Source of the DNA: an uncultured Planctomycetota bacterium | GTDB taxonomy: Bacteria; Planctomycetota; Planctomycetia; Isosphaerales; Isosphaeraceae | Length of the DNA: 64,000 nucleotides | Reading direction: 5' to 3' | NCBI GenBank assembly: GCA_963823665.1 | Contig: CAWGMQ010000004.1 | Location: 800,001-864,000, forward strand | Shown: positions 53,786 to 64,000 of the stretch, piece by piece | How positions within the stretch are numbered: position 1 is the stretch's first letter | Layout: each line of letters starts with the position of its first letter | The notes under the pieces: generated by a model | The model's database searches: none | The model's input: the letters and a program-made list of their open reading frames with translations, nothing else | What the model was told of the DNA's origin: nothing | Translations under genes and position numbers: made by a program

Positions 53786-53911
53786 ACCGAGTGTTTGACC
53801 CGGTGCTCCGCGCGAAGTAGGATCGCGATTATCGTGTACATTCTCGAATCTCGGCGCTCTCGAACGAACCTTTCTGGCCGATAACCCCGTTTTCGGGAAA
53901 GGGGGCTCGTC

Positions 53912-54236
53912 ATGCCATTGTACGAGGTCGAAACAACATCGCACATCATGATTGCCTGCGTGGCCGATGAGCCGACGGCTCGCGCATTCGCGGCGGCGAA
54001 CTACCCTCAGGAGGAGATCATCCGGGTGACGCATCGTCCGCGTGACGCCTGGGTGATTTCGAAGAAGCTGCTGGGCATCCCGTCGTCGGCAGATCCCGTG
54101 CTCGGTGGCCCGCGACTGCCTGTCGAAAGCGGCGGGGGACAAGCTGCACGCGATGCGACTTTACATGCAGACCACCGGCAGCGACCTGGAAGGCGCGCGG
54201 AAGGTCATTGAGTCGAACATGGTGCTCGGCTGGTGA
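53912..54236 (+). CDS. Small conserved planctomycete hypothetical protein (DUF6793-like), frameshift ~54098
   Basis: '[13 protein letters not shown]' plus '[39 protein letters not shown]'. Confidence 0.7.
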
Positions 54237-54331
54237 GGCCGCCGGCTCTGATTCGGACGCAGAGAACCGGTGTGGGCCTCCGCCTCGTTGACGGAGGCCC
54301 TGCAGCCATGAACACCTGGAGGAGGAGAGCA

Positions 54332-55619
54332 ATGCCTCGGGTCATCTCATTGATCCTGGGCGGCGGTCGCGGCACTCGCTTGTTTCCGCTGACGAGATCG
54401 CGCAGCAAACCGGCCGTTCCGATCGCCGGGAAGTACCGGCTGATCGACATTCCCGTGTCGAATTGCATCAACTCCGGTCTGAACCGGATCTTCGTGGTGA
54501 CCCAGTTCAACTCGGTGAGTTTACATCGGCACATTTATAATACTTATAAATTCGATCCGTTCGGCGGCGGTTTTGTGGAGATTCTGGCCGCTCAGCAGAC
54601 GATGGAGCATGAGACGTGGTACCAGGGAACCGCCGACGCCGTGCGGCGGAACATTCCTTATTTCACCGACTCGCCGTACGACCTGGTGCTGATTCTCTCC
54701 GGTGACCAGCTTTACCGGATGGATTTTCAGGACATGATCCGCACTCATCTCGAGAACAAGGCCGCTGTGACGATCGCCGCGTTGCCGGTGGGCGGAGACC
54801 GAAGCGACGTCGTGCGGCATCATGAAGATCCATGCCGACGGTCGGGTCCAGGACTTCGAGGAGAAGCCCAAGACGCCGAGAAGCTCGCGCGAGTGCGCAC
54901 CGAGCCGGGCGGCTGGAACGGCTGGGATTGAACGCGGCCGACCGCCCTACCTGGCGAGCATGGGCATCTACCTGTTCAATCGCAGCCTGCTGGTGGATCT
55001 GCTCAGGTCAAGCACGGTGACCGACTTTGGCCACGAGTTGTTGCCCGCGGACAATTGCCGATCATCGCGTCCAGGCGCATCTTTTCGACGGGTACTGGGA
55101 GGACATCGGGACTGTCGGTGCATTTCACAAGGCGAACATCGATCTGACCTGCGATAAACCGGCGTTCGATTTCGCCTCGGAAGCCGGTCCGATCTTCACC
55201 AGGCCGAGGTTTCTGCCTTGCTCGCGCATATCGCGGCGCGACGGTCAAGAACAGCTTGGTCTGCGACGGGACGCGTGATCGGCCGCGGCTCGGTGATCGA
55301 GAATTCGGTGATCGGAGTGCGAGCTCGCGTGGGCGACAACGTCACGATTCGGAACTGCTACATCATGGGGATCGACGTTCTCGACGACCGGAACAGTGAT
55401 GCCGAAAACGTTCGCCTGGGCCGTCCGGCGCTCGGAGTCGGCGAGAATTCGGTCATCGAGGGATCGATCATTGACAAGAACGCCCGCATCGGCCGCAACG
55501 TCAGGGTTGTCAACCAGCGCGGGACGACGGACTCCGAAGAGCATCCGACTCACGTGATTCGTGACGGGGTGGTGGTGATCCCCAAGGCCGCCATCTTGAA
55601 GGATGGGACCGTCATCTGA
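54332..55619 (+). CDS. glgC: Glucose-1-phosphate adenylyltransferase (several frameshifts)
   Basis: '[36 protein letters not shown]', 'WYQGTADAV', 'LSGDQLY', 'FEEKP', 'ASMGIY', 'YWEDIGT', 'IIDKNARIG'. Confidence 0.93.
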
Positions 55620-55637
55620 GGCGGAGGCTTCGTGCGC

Positions 55638-56656
55638 ATGGCCGAATGTGCGATTCGGGTCAGGGATTTGCACAAGCGATATCCCGGGCGAAACGGTCCG
55701 GTTCACGCTGTCAACGGCATTGACCTGGAGATCAATCCGGGCGAATGCTTCGGGTTGCTGGGCCCCAATGGGGCAGGCAAGACAACCACCGTCGAGATCG
55801 TCGAGGGGTTGAATCAGCCCAGTTCGGGGGAAGTCGAAGTCCTTGGGATGAACTGGACTGCCGACGCGGTCGGAATACGAGAGACGGATCGGCGTCACGC
55901 TTCAGGAAACGCGGCTTCCCGACAAGGAGACCGTTCACGAGATCGTCGCATTGTTCCGGAGTTTTTATCGAACGGGGGCCGACCCGCACGACGTGATCGC
56001 ACGGGTGTCGCTCGAGGCCAAGGCTGACGCGTTCATCGAGCAACTCTCCGGTGGGCAGCAGCAGCGCCTGGCAGTGGCGCTGGCCTTGGTTGGCGATCCC
56101 GGAGGTTCTGTTCCTGGATGAGCCCACGACCGGACTGGACCCACAGTCCCGCCGCCAGCTCTGGGAGGTGATTCGCGACTTCCGTGCGCGCGGGCGCACG
56201 ATCGTGCTGACCACCCACTACATGGACGAGGCGGAGCGGCTGTGTGACCGGGTTGCGATCATCGATCATGGCAAGATCATCGCGCAGGGCTCGCCGGCCG
56301 AGTTGATTTCACGCCTGGGGGGCGATCACATCATCGAGTTTGCCCTGGAAGAAAGCGCCGCCGGATTGCCGCTCGAATTGAACGTACTACTGGGGCTCGA
56401 GTCGGTGCTGGCGGCGAGGGTTGAAAACGACGGCTACGTGTTGACCGTCACGCAGCCACACCGCGCGATTCCGGCCCTGCTCTCAACGAGGTCGATCGCC
56501 TCGAGCGGTCGCTGGCCCGCTTGACGACGAGGCATGTAAGTCTCGAAGACGTCTTCGTCGTGCTGACCGGCCGGCACCTGCGCGACGACAGTGAAGATGG
56601 TGACGGCTGCACGCGGACCCCTCGGGCGGAAAAGCCGCTGGAAAAGACGGGCTTGA
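55638..56656 (+). CDS. ABC-2 type transporter ATP-binding protein (several frameshifts)
   Basis: 'GPNGAGKTT', 'LSGGQQQRL', '[11 protein letters not shown]', 'LTTHYMDEA', 'SLEDVF..LTGR'. Confidence 0.9.
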
Positions 56657-56712
56657 CCGGGCCAGCAACACACGGCTCCCGATTCTGACACTCTCGAGGT
56701 GCAAAGCACTTT

Positions 56713-57810
56713 ATGTTTCGATCGTCTCCGCTCTTTCAGCTCTATCTGGTCCGTCTGCGCGACTTCTACCGTCAGCCGGCCCGTGTCTTCTGGGTTTACG
56801 GTTTTCCGACGATCATGGCGATCTCGCTTGGATTGGCGTTTCAGAATCGGCCACCAGCCCCGATTGAAGTCGACGTGGTCAAGAAATCGGGGGCGGACGA
56901 AGTGATTGCCGCCGTCAAGGCACACAACCTTTCCCTCGAGAGCGCCAAATCAGCGGGGAAGCCGCGACTGAACGTGCCCGCGATCAAGCTACACGAAGCT
57001 TCCGAAGACTGAATCGCTCGAACGGCTGAAGAACGGCATGACGCCCCTGGTCATCGAGCCGCTGCGGGCCCCAGGTCGTGCGTGTATCACTACGACCCGA
57101 CACGACCAGAAGCTAGCGCCGCCCGCCAGGTCGTCGACGATGTTCTCCAGCGCGCCCTCGATCGCCAAGACCCGCGGTCAACGAGCGACGTGTATGTGAT
57201 GCGAGCCGGGATCGCGATACATTGATTTTCTGATTCCTGGCTTGATCGGGCTCAATGCCATGGGCGGGGGGCTTTGGGGAATCGGGTTCCTGGTGGTGAA
57301 CTTCCGGATCGCCAAGCTTCTGAAGCGGTTCGTCGCGACGCCGATGCCGAGGCGCGATTTCTTGCTGGCCCTACTCGGGCGCGCGACTGACCTTCGTCCT
57401 CCCCGACTTGACGGTGCTGCTCCTGCTCGGGACCCTCATGTTCAAGATGCCGATCCGCGGAAACCTCGCACTCATCATCGCGATCGACATGCTGGGCGCA
57501 CTCGCCTTCGCCGGAATCGGGTTGCTCGTCGGCAGCCGCGCCACCACCACCGAGGCCGTCAGCGGCCTGATGAACCTGGTCATGCTGCCGATGTGGCTGC
57601 TCTCCGGCGTATTCTTCGCTTCCAGCCGCTTTCCCGATTGGTTGCAAGGCTTGATCAGCGCGTTGCCGCTGACTCAACTCGTGAACGCCCTGCGCGTGGT
57701 AATTCTCAAAGGTGCCGGGCCGCTCGAGGTGGCTCTCGCCGATGGCGATCCTCGCCGCGTGGGCCATCGTCACGTTCGCGCTCGCACTCCGCTTTTTCCG
57801 GTGGACTTGA
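56713..57810 (+). CDS. ABC-2 type permease (several frameshifts)
   Basis: 'FYRQP..VFW', 'RYIDFLIPGLIG', 'LLKRF.ATPM', 'LSGVFF...FPDWLQ..I.ALPLT..VNALR'. Confidence 0.85.
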
Positions 57811-58455
57811 CGGAGACTCGAACTGCGGATGCTTGAAGAGCCGATTCCAGTCGGACCACCAACCCTGTCCCACGACTCGACAGGGCAGGGGGGGTACGTC
57901 GACTTCATCGATCAGTTGTCCAAGGAATGTCGCCTTCGCCAGGATCTCGGTGTCGAGGAACGACGACTTCGACTGGAGCACGATGGCGAGTAGCTTCTCA
58001 AGTCGATGAAGGCGGCATGGCGAGTGGACATCGTCCAGCGGCACGGCGAAGATCAACTTTCGCAGCAGTTTGGTTACCCAGTTGGCGGCGCGACTACGCG
58101 TCGCCTTCGGGCGCCGGCCGATGACATGGTCGCTTGCGTCGATGGCCTCGACCAGCGGATCCAGGTGATCCGCGGTCCATGGCTCCACCGCGGTCGTAAC
58201 CAGCACCAGAGGCATGTGTGCCTCTTCTAACCCACGGCGAAGCGCTTCCGCAAGGTCGTGATCCGCGACTGAGATGATTCGTTGCTCGACCGGACGTCCG
58301 AGTTCGGCAATTCGTCGCAACAATGGGGCAATGACTGCTTCCGCGTGCTCCGACGGCAACTCGGTGAGGATGACGATTCGGATGCCCGCGCCGGGAAGGG
58401 GATCGCGCTTGAAATGGGCCGAGAAGGGGTCGTCGGTGTCCTCGCTCGTCGTCAT
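57706..58455 (-). CDS. Divergent glycosyltransferase family 2-like protein
   Basis: 'ALRRGL..A..PLV', 'D.VIGRR', 'DVHSPCRLHR', 'FLDTEILAKA...GQLIDEV.V'; no DXD. Confidence 0.55.
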   Translation of the reverse strand: MTTSEDTDDPFSAHFKRDPLPGAGIRIVILTELPSEHAEAVIAPLLRRIAELGRPVEQRIISVADHDLAEALRRGLEEAHMPLVLVTTAVEPWTADHLDPLVEAIDASDHVIGRRPKATRSRAANWVTKLLRKLIFAVPLDDVHSPCRLHRLEKLLAIVLQSKSSFLDTEILAKATFLGQLIDEVDVPPLPCRVVGQGWWSDWNRLFKHPQFESPSSPPEKAECERERDDGPRGEDRHRREPPRAARHL

Positions 58456-58499
58456 TAGAAGCTCCAATGGTTGTGCGCCGCCGTGGCGGAACGAATCAC

Positions 58500-59378
58500 T
58501 CAACCGGACGCCGCCCCGCTCAACCAGCGTTTGATCTCCTGGCGATATGACTCGCCCAGCCGGCGTGCGAGCGGGCCGGGCACTCCAGACCCGATTCTGT
58601 GTCCGTCAATTTCGATCACCGGCAAAACCTCGTATGTGGTACCGACTAGGATGACCTCGTCGGCAGCGACGAGCGCCGGCAAGAGTCACGCGAGTCCCGG
58701 CGAAGGGAATTCGCCATTGGCTCTAACATATCGCAGGACGAGGCCTCGCGTCATACCTGGGAGGATTTCATGGCCCTCCGGCGTTCCTTCCAGACGACCT
58801 TCGCGATGCCAGAGCAAGCGACGAGTGAGTCGCTTCGGTCACGAAACCCTCCTGAATCGATCAACACAGCCTCGTGGCAACCGGCGCGGCGGGCGGCCTC
58901 ACTCGCCAGTACATTGGCGAGGAGGTTGGTTGACTTGATGTCACATCGCTTCCAGCGTAGATCGCTCTGGCTGATCATTCGCGCTCCCGACTCGCGCACT
59001 CGAGCGGCCGGACCATCGTCGTACGGACGAACCACGATCAGCTCGGTCGGCGATACCGGAGGATCCGGGAAGACGTGAGCCCGGGGCGCTACGCCCCGCG
59101 TCACTTGCACGTAGACCGTTCCTTCCCGGATCCCGGAGAGAGCAACCGTTCGATCCATCCGTTCAACGAGGCGATCCATTTCGATCGGGCAGAATTCGCA
59201 GCTCCTTGAGGCTTCGTTTCAGTCGTGCGAGGTGCTCCCCCTCGAGCCATCGTCGACCGTCATACATGCGAAAGACTTCATAGACCGCGTCGCCAAACAG
59301 GAAGCCACGGTCCCACACCGGCACCATCGCGCGCTCAATCGGCATGATGTCGCCGTTGAGACAAGCCAGAACCTCCAT
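58500..59378 (-). CDS. Class IV aminotransferase (D-amino-acid aminotransferase-like), several frameshifts
   Basis: 'DRGFLFGDAVYEV', 'YVQVTRG', 'RWKRCDIKSTNLLAN', 'ILPG.TR', 'ADEV...GT..EV.PV..IDG'. Confidence 0.88.
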
Positions 59379-59609
59379 CAGAGGTCATCCTCTTGTTGAT
59401 TCAAGTTGCAGAAGACCAACCGGTCCTCGACAAAGACAAAACCGGCGAGAATGGTGCCCCAAAAGCCCTTCGCCGGCATCGCGCTATCCTACGACACGGC
59501 GGATTCGCTGTCGAGAGTCCGAGGGAATTCTCGAGAGAGCGCACACTCGGCCGTTGATGCCTTCGGCAACCGGGGTATTCTTCGCGCATTCCTCCGACGA
59601 TCCGCAGTC

Positions 59610-61566
59610 TCATTCTTTTCCGAAATCAACGGCCACTTTGGCCGGTTTGGCCGCGAGCATCTTTTCGAGTTGGCGGTCGACTTCGGCTGAGGTTCGGAGG
59701 TTACGATTGACAACCTTGCCGTCGGAATCGACCAGGAACATGCTCGGCAAGAGAATGATCCCGTAGTCCACAGCCAGCCGGCTTTCCATGCCGCCAGCCT
59801 CGAAGATCTGAGGCCAGGAGATCCGCTGCTCTTTCAGAAAAGCCACAACCTCGGCCCGATCGTTGTCGAGATTGACGCCGATGATCTCGAGACCGTCTTT
59901 CTTGTGCTTTTCGTAGAGCTTGACCAGCTCCGGCATGTCTTGCTTCACCGGCGTCGCCCAGCTCGCCCAGAACACGATCAGCACGGGTTTGCCGCGATAC
60001 TTCGATGAATCAACCGTTTCGTTCTCTAGGCCGGTGCCCGCGATCGAGAGCGCCTTGCCGGCAAGATCGAGTCGCCGCAGCGCTCCAGCGGCTTTCTTGC
60101 CGGATTCGGTCGCGGAGTAGTTCTTCACGAGTCGCTCATATTGCTCGCGGGCCTTGGCTTCATCGGCATTGAACTCATTGGCATTGGCCAGGTGGAATAA
60201 AACCGGCGCGGCCTCCTCCGACTCCGAGAACTTGTCCAGGAACTTCTCGAGCTCGGCCATCCATTTCTTCTGATTGGCAACGAAATTGGCGCCGTCCTCA
60301 TCGTTCTTCATCGCAAAATCCGCGTCGATCAAACTGTACGCGGCGTAGGAGGCCAATCGATCCCCTTCATTGATGATCGCCTCGAGTGGTTTCCGCCCCT
60401 CCGGATATAGCCCCGTCCGCAGCGCCGAGATCAGACTGTCGACCACTTGCTTGCTATACGAGAGCTTTTCATCTGCATTCTTGGATTTTTTCACGAGATC
60501 GCGAACAAAAGGAATGCGATTGACGTGATAGCGAGCGATGCCTTTCTTGTCGCCATTCTGCAGCAGCGGGGCACTCTTCGCGTCGTAGTCGGCCAGAGCC
60601 TTCAGTGCGAGCTCCATTTCCTCGTCGCGAGGTTCAACGTTTCCTGCCCGGTCGAACAGCAGCGAACGCAGGCTGCTCGCGGCGGCAACGATCGGTTTTT
60701 CAGGATCGATCGCATGGGGCAAGTCGACGAACTTCCACGTCGATCCTAGCTGGATCATGTCGGGAACCTGCAAGAACGCCATCTTGGCCGCGTTCTGCTG
60801 GGCAGCCGTCGTCCCGGGAATCGCCATCGCATTTTCGTAGAGCGTCACATCCTTCGCCAGCCCCACTGCCGGATCGGCCGGAATCACGTGCGGAAACGTT
60901 CCGTCGAATCGGTTCCACATCGTCTGGGCATTCCAGCCGATCAATTGTTTTCGCAGGGCGGCAAGCTGCTCGGGCCGCTTCTCTGCGGCCGCCGCCACCT
61001 TCGCGACAACGTCCTTCGGCACGCCGGCGTCGGCGAGTTCCGCCGCGCTCGCCATCACGGTCTCGAGCAGGCCCGCATCACCGGCCACAAGCGCCTGAAC
61101 AAGCACCTTCGATGCCTCCTCGGCCGAAATCTGCTTCCAGCTCTTGACCTTCCCCCCCTCGATCAGGGCGATCCGGCTGCCGCCGGAGTTCAGCCAGCGA
61201 CACTCGTCGAGGTGATTGTCGCCGTTCACGTCGTCCTCGCGATATACCTCGAATCCATCCTGGTAATAGCTCCACTGGTCCATCCGCCCGCCCCGCGCAC
61301 TCACAAATCGGCGCAGCATTTTCCCTTGCGGATCGCGCAGCGCATACCCGATTTTCCTGTTCTCCGCATTCACGACCGGCTCAACCTTGCACGCGTTCCT
61401 CGTCGCCTCGTCCGTCGGCGTGTCGTATTCGACCCCGAGCTGGCTCGGCTTGAGCTTGAGCAATGCGGCCGCAGGCGCATCCTTCGAAGCACCCTGCGCA
61501 AGAGCCGACCCGCTCAATGAGTCCCAGAACCGTAAGTACGCTTAGCGAGTGCCCAAGACCTCGCAT
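59610..61566 (-). CDS. Secreted TlpA-like redoxin-fold protein with long N-terminal region; lacks CxxC (frameshift ~61518)
   Basis: Signal peptide; 'YRGKPVLIVFWASWATPVKQDMPEL..LY', 'IIGVNLD', 'YGI..LP.MFLVD..GKV'. Confidence 0.8.
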
Positions 61567-61981
61567 CGCCGCCCCCTTTGCAGCCGGGCTCACCGCCCGG
61601 CATATTCCCCCGTCGAGCGACCTCATCGACCCCGCCGGCTCGCGATTCCTCATTCCCGTTTTCCCCATCATCTGGTTCAACTCGAATCCCCGCTCCTGCG
61701 GCCATCGCCCCCGCTTGTAACTCTTACCACGCGAGCTGCCAATTTGCGTCAATTCCTCAAAACCATTCCACGACGCATGACGCGAGAAATCGCCACCATC
61801 GTTGTCATCGGCATTCTGAGCGCTTGGCTCAAGTCGTTCCACACCGAACCCCTACGTCACCATCGATCCGTCGCCTTTCCCGAAAAAAACGGCGGCGAAG
61901 ACTGGGAAACTCGAGTGATCTGTGCAAGGAATATGCCATGGCAAACACCGGATCGCGATCTCGAATGGGTTTATAAAGGTT

Positions 61982-63121
61982 ATGGCCCGATTGGACCTCG
62001 TGTCTCGCCCGTCTCGAACGAGAACCGTTCAAATGCCTCATCGCGATGGTTGCTTGCGGGCTCGCAACGACCCGCGCAAGACGCGCCAGCGCCCCGCTCC
62101 ACGCAAGCACCTCTCTATCCCGACCACGCCCATCTCATGCTCGTTCGCGATGGGCTCGGTCACGAGCGAGCGATTGAAACACGGGCGGATTGGAACGTCC
62201 GGCGAGACCACATACTGGCCCATTTTCAGGACGTCGCCGGGAAGCTGCCCGGTGGCGAGCGCCGGGTTCCTCTCGACGTCCGGGTAACCTCTACGACCAA
62301 GGAGGCCGCCTTCACCCGCAAGAAGATCTCGTTCGCCACCGAGTCCGGAGACCGAGTTCCAGCCTGGCTGCTTCTGCCGGATCCCGTTCGCACGCCCGCC
62401 GCCAAACGCCCGGCCGTACTGTGTTTGCATCAGACGATCGCCATCGGCAAGGATGAGCCGGCCGGCCTCGGCGCGAACCTCGAGCTGGCTTACTCCCGCG
62501 AGCTCGCCGAGCGAGGCTACGTTACGCTGGCTCCAGACTACCCCAATTTCGGCGAATACAAGGTTAATGTTTACGACCTGGGCTACACGAGCGCCACCAT
62601 GAAGGCCATCTGGAACAACCTGCGCGCCGTCGATCTGCTCAGCGACCTGCCTGAAGTCGACCCGTCTCGCATCGGCGTCATCGGCCACTCGCTCGGCGGG
62701 CACAATGCAATCTTCACGGCCCTCTTCGATGTGCGTATCAAGGCCGTGGTCTCGTCGTGCGGCTTCAACGCTTTCCCGTTCTACTACAAAGGCAACATCG
62801 CGGGCTGGTCGCACCAGGGTTACATGCCGTCGCTGCGAGCTCGCTTTGGGCTCGATCTCAAGCGAGTTCCATTCGACTTCCCCGAGCTGATCGCCGCACT
62901 GGCCCCGCGCGCATTCTTCACCAGCTCTCCGCTTCGTGATGCTAATTTTGAGGTTGAAGGTGTGCGGGCGTGCATCACCGCCGCGCGGCCGGTCTACGAG
63001 CTGGAGCGACGCGCCGGATCGTCTCGTCGCCCTCTTTCCCGACGCCGACCATTCCTTCCCAAAAGCAGCCCGTCAGGACGCTTACCGCTTCCTCGATCGC
63101 TTCTTGGCACCTCCACCTTGA
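61982..63121 (+). CDS. Secreted alpha/beta hydrolase (dienelactone hydrolase/acetylxylan esterase-like); start uncertain, frameshifted
   Basis: 'PAVLCLHQT', 'ELAERGYVTLAPD', 'GVIGHSLGG', 'LIAALAPR', 'DHSFP'. Confidence 0.82.
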
Positions 63122-63145
63122 CGTCGTCGCCGGAGCCCAGACTCC

Positions 63146-63173
63146 TTGACAAAAAAGCAAATGGGCGTAGTCT
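63146..63173 (+). promoter_or_regulatory. Putative sigma70 promoter
   Basis: TTGACA-N16-TAGTCT upstream of the response regulator. Confidence 0.35.
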
Positions 63174-63296
63174 ACGATACGTTGCCACAAGTGCACGGAT
63201 CGCGTACGAAGTCGCATCCAGACATCGAGAAATACGGCTGATGTTTGACGGTTCGACCAGGATCACACCACTCGCCAACGCACGGATGAAGGCGCC

Positions 63297-64000
63297 ATGG
63301 AACGACGCATCCTCGTGGTCGATGACAGCGAGTTGATCTGCCAGCAGCTTTCGCAGTTGCTCGCGCTTCCCGACCGGCAGATCGCGTTCGCAACCGACGG
63401 CACGGCCGCGCTCGAATGGCTGGTCGAGCACCCTTGCTCGCTGGTGCTCACCGACTTGCGGCTCCCAGGTATCAGTGGTCTTGATCTGATCAAGGAGATC
63501 CGCAAGAAGGACCTGCCGGTCACGGTCATCGTCATGACAGGCTTCGCGACAGTCGAAGACACCGTCGAAGCGATTAAACTGGGTGCTTACGACCTGGTTC
63601 AGAAGCCGCTCGATACGGTCAGCCTCGAGGTCCTTGTGAATCATGCGCTCGAAGACCGCCGGCTGATCGACGAGGTCGCCGATCTTCGCTGCCGGCTCCA
63701 GCGAAAATCCGCCTACCATAACTTGCTCGGCCAGAGTCCAGGTATCACCGAGGTCTTCGAGCGCGTTGCACGGGTTGGATCCTCGTCCTGCACCGTCTTG
63801 ATCACCGGCGAAACCGGCACCGGCAAGGAGCTCGTGGCCCAGGCGATTCATTTCAGCGATGTCACTCGCCGTGGGCCACTGGTCGCGGTCAACTGCGCGG
63901 CCCTCCCCGAGCACCTGCTTGAAAGCGAGCTCTTCGGTCACGAACGCGGTGCCTTCACCGGAGCCGAACGCCAGAAAAAAGGCCGGTTCGACCTGGCCGA
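63297..64000 (+). CDS. Sigma-54-dependent response regulator (NtrC/AtoC family), runs off the window end
   Basis: Receiver 'ILVVDDS...LTDLRLPG...MTGF...KP'; AAA+ 'GETGTGKE', 'VNCAAL', '[15 protein letters not shown]' (absent from the ORF track). Confidence 0.93.
   Translation, partial: MERRILVVDDSELICQQLSQLLALPDRQIAFATDGTAALEWLVEHPCSLVLTDLRLPGISGLDLIKEIRKKDLPVTVIVMTGFATVEDTVEAIKLGAYDLVQKPLDTVSLEVLVNHALEDRRLIDEVADLRCRLQRKSAYHNLLGQSPGITEVFERVARVGSSSCTVLITGETGTGKELVAQAIHFSDVTRRGPLVAVNCAALPEHLLESELFGHERGAFTGAERQKKGRFDLA

Noticed and set aside
4773..63121. Mass pseudogenisation (about 30 frameshifts)
   Set aside because: Breaks hit housekeeping genes, are 1-2 nt indels in homopolymer or GC tracts and are not accompanied by decay, so sequencing error is more likely
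62994..63941. 315-aa minus-strand ORF
   Set aside because: Shadow of the plus-strand NtrC-type regulator

Overview
High-GC window that looks like Planctomycetota, probably Isosphaeraceae-like. This is inferred from a DUF1559 pilin-like gene, an ECF sigma/Ser-Thr kinase pair, an 'LE.LE.R.LL' extracellular motif and planctomycete-style REP-like palindromes. About 30 apparent 1-2 nt frameshifts interrupt otherwise intact genes, including housekeeping ones such as glgC, so most are probably long-read consensus errors and I joined the frames by eye. 1-3 kb is a decayed defence/mobile patch: remnants of a phosphorothioation(PT)-associated methyltransferase (two direct copies) and an SBD-HNH-like nuclease, a PIN toxin pair and a degenerate attC-like site. 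3-10.5 kb holds regulators and enzymes. 10.6-28 kb holds two paralogous NLR-like DUF4062-NACHT-helical-repeat genes (12 vs 5 variable 33-aa repeats) that bracket an ECF sigma/kinase pair and a divergent ~2,100-aa S53 protease with a PGRS-like tail. 28-35 kb is a secreted-protein module including a Tat-exported ferritin-like protein whose helices appear circularly permuted. 35-45 kb is accessory: Uma2, secreted TPR-CHAT, FRG, gene shards and an RRM protein. 46-64 kb is mostly core-like: acyl-CoA synthetase, RND efflux, glgC, ABC-2, aminotransferase IV, a Cys-less redoxin, a hydrolase and an NtrC-type regulator. No rRNA, tRNA, CRISPR array, integrase or transposase was recognised. Best candidates for something new are the paired variable-repeat NLR-like receptors and the permuted exported ferritin. 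All family assignments come from motif recognition by eye, not from database searches.
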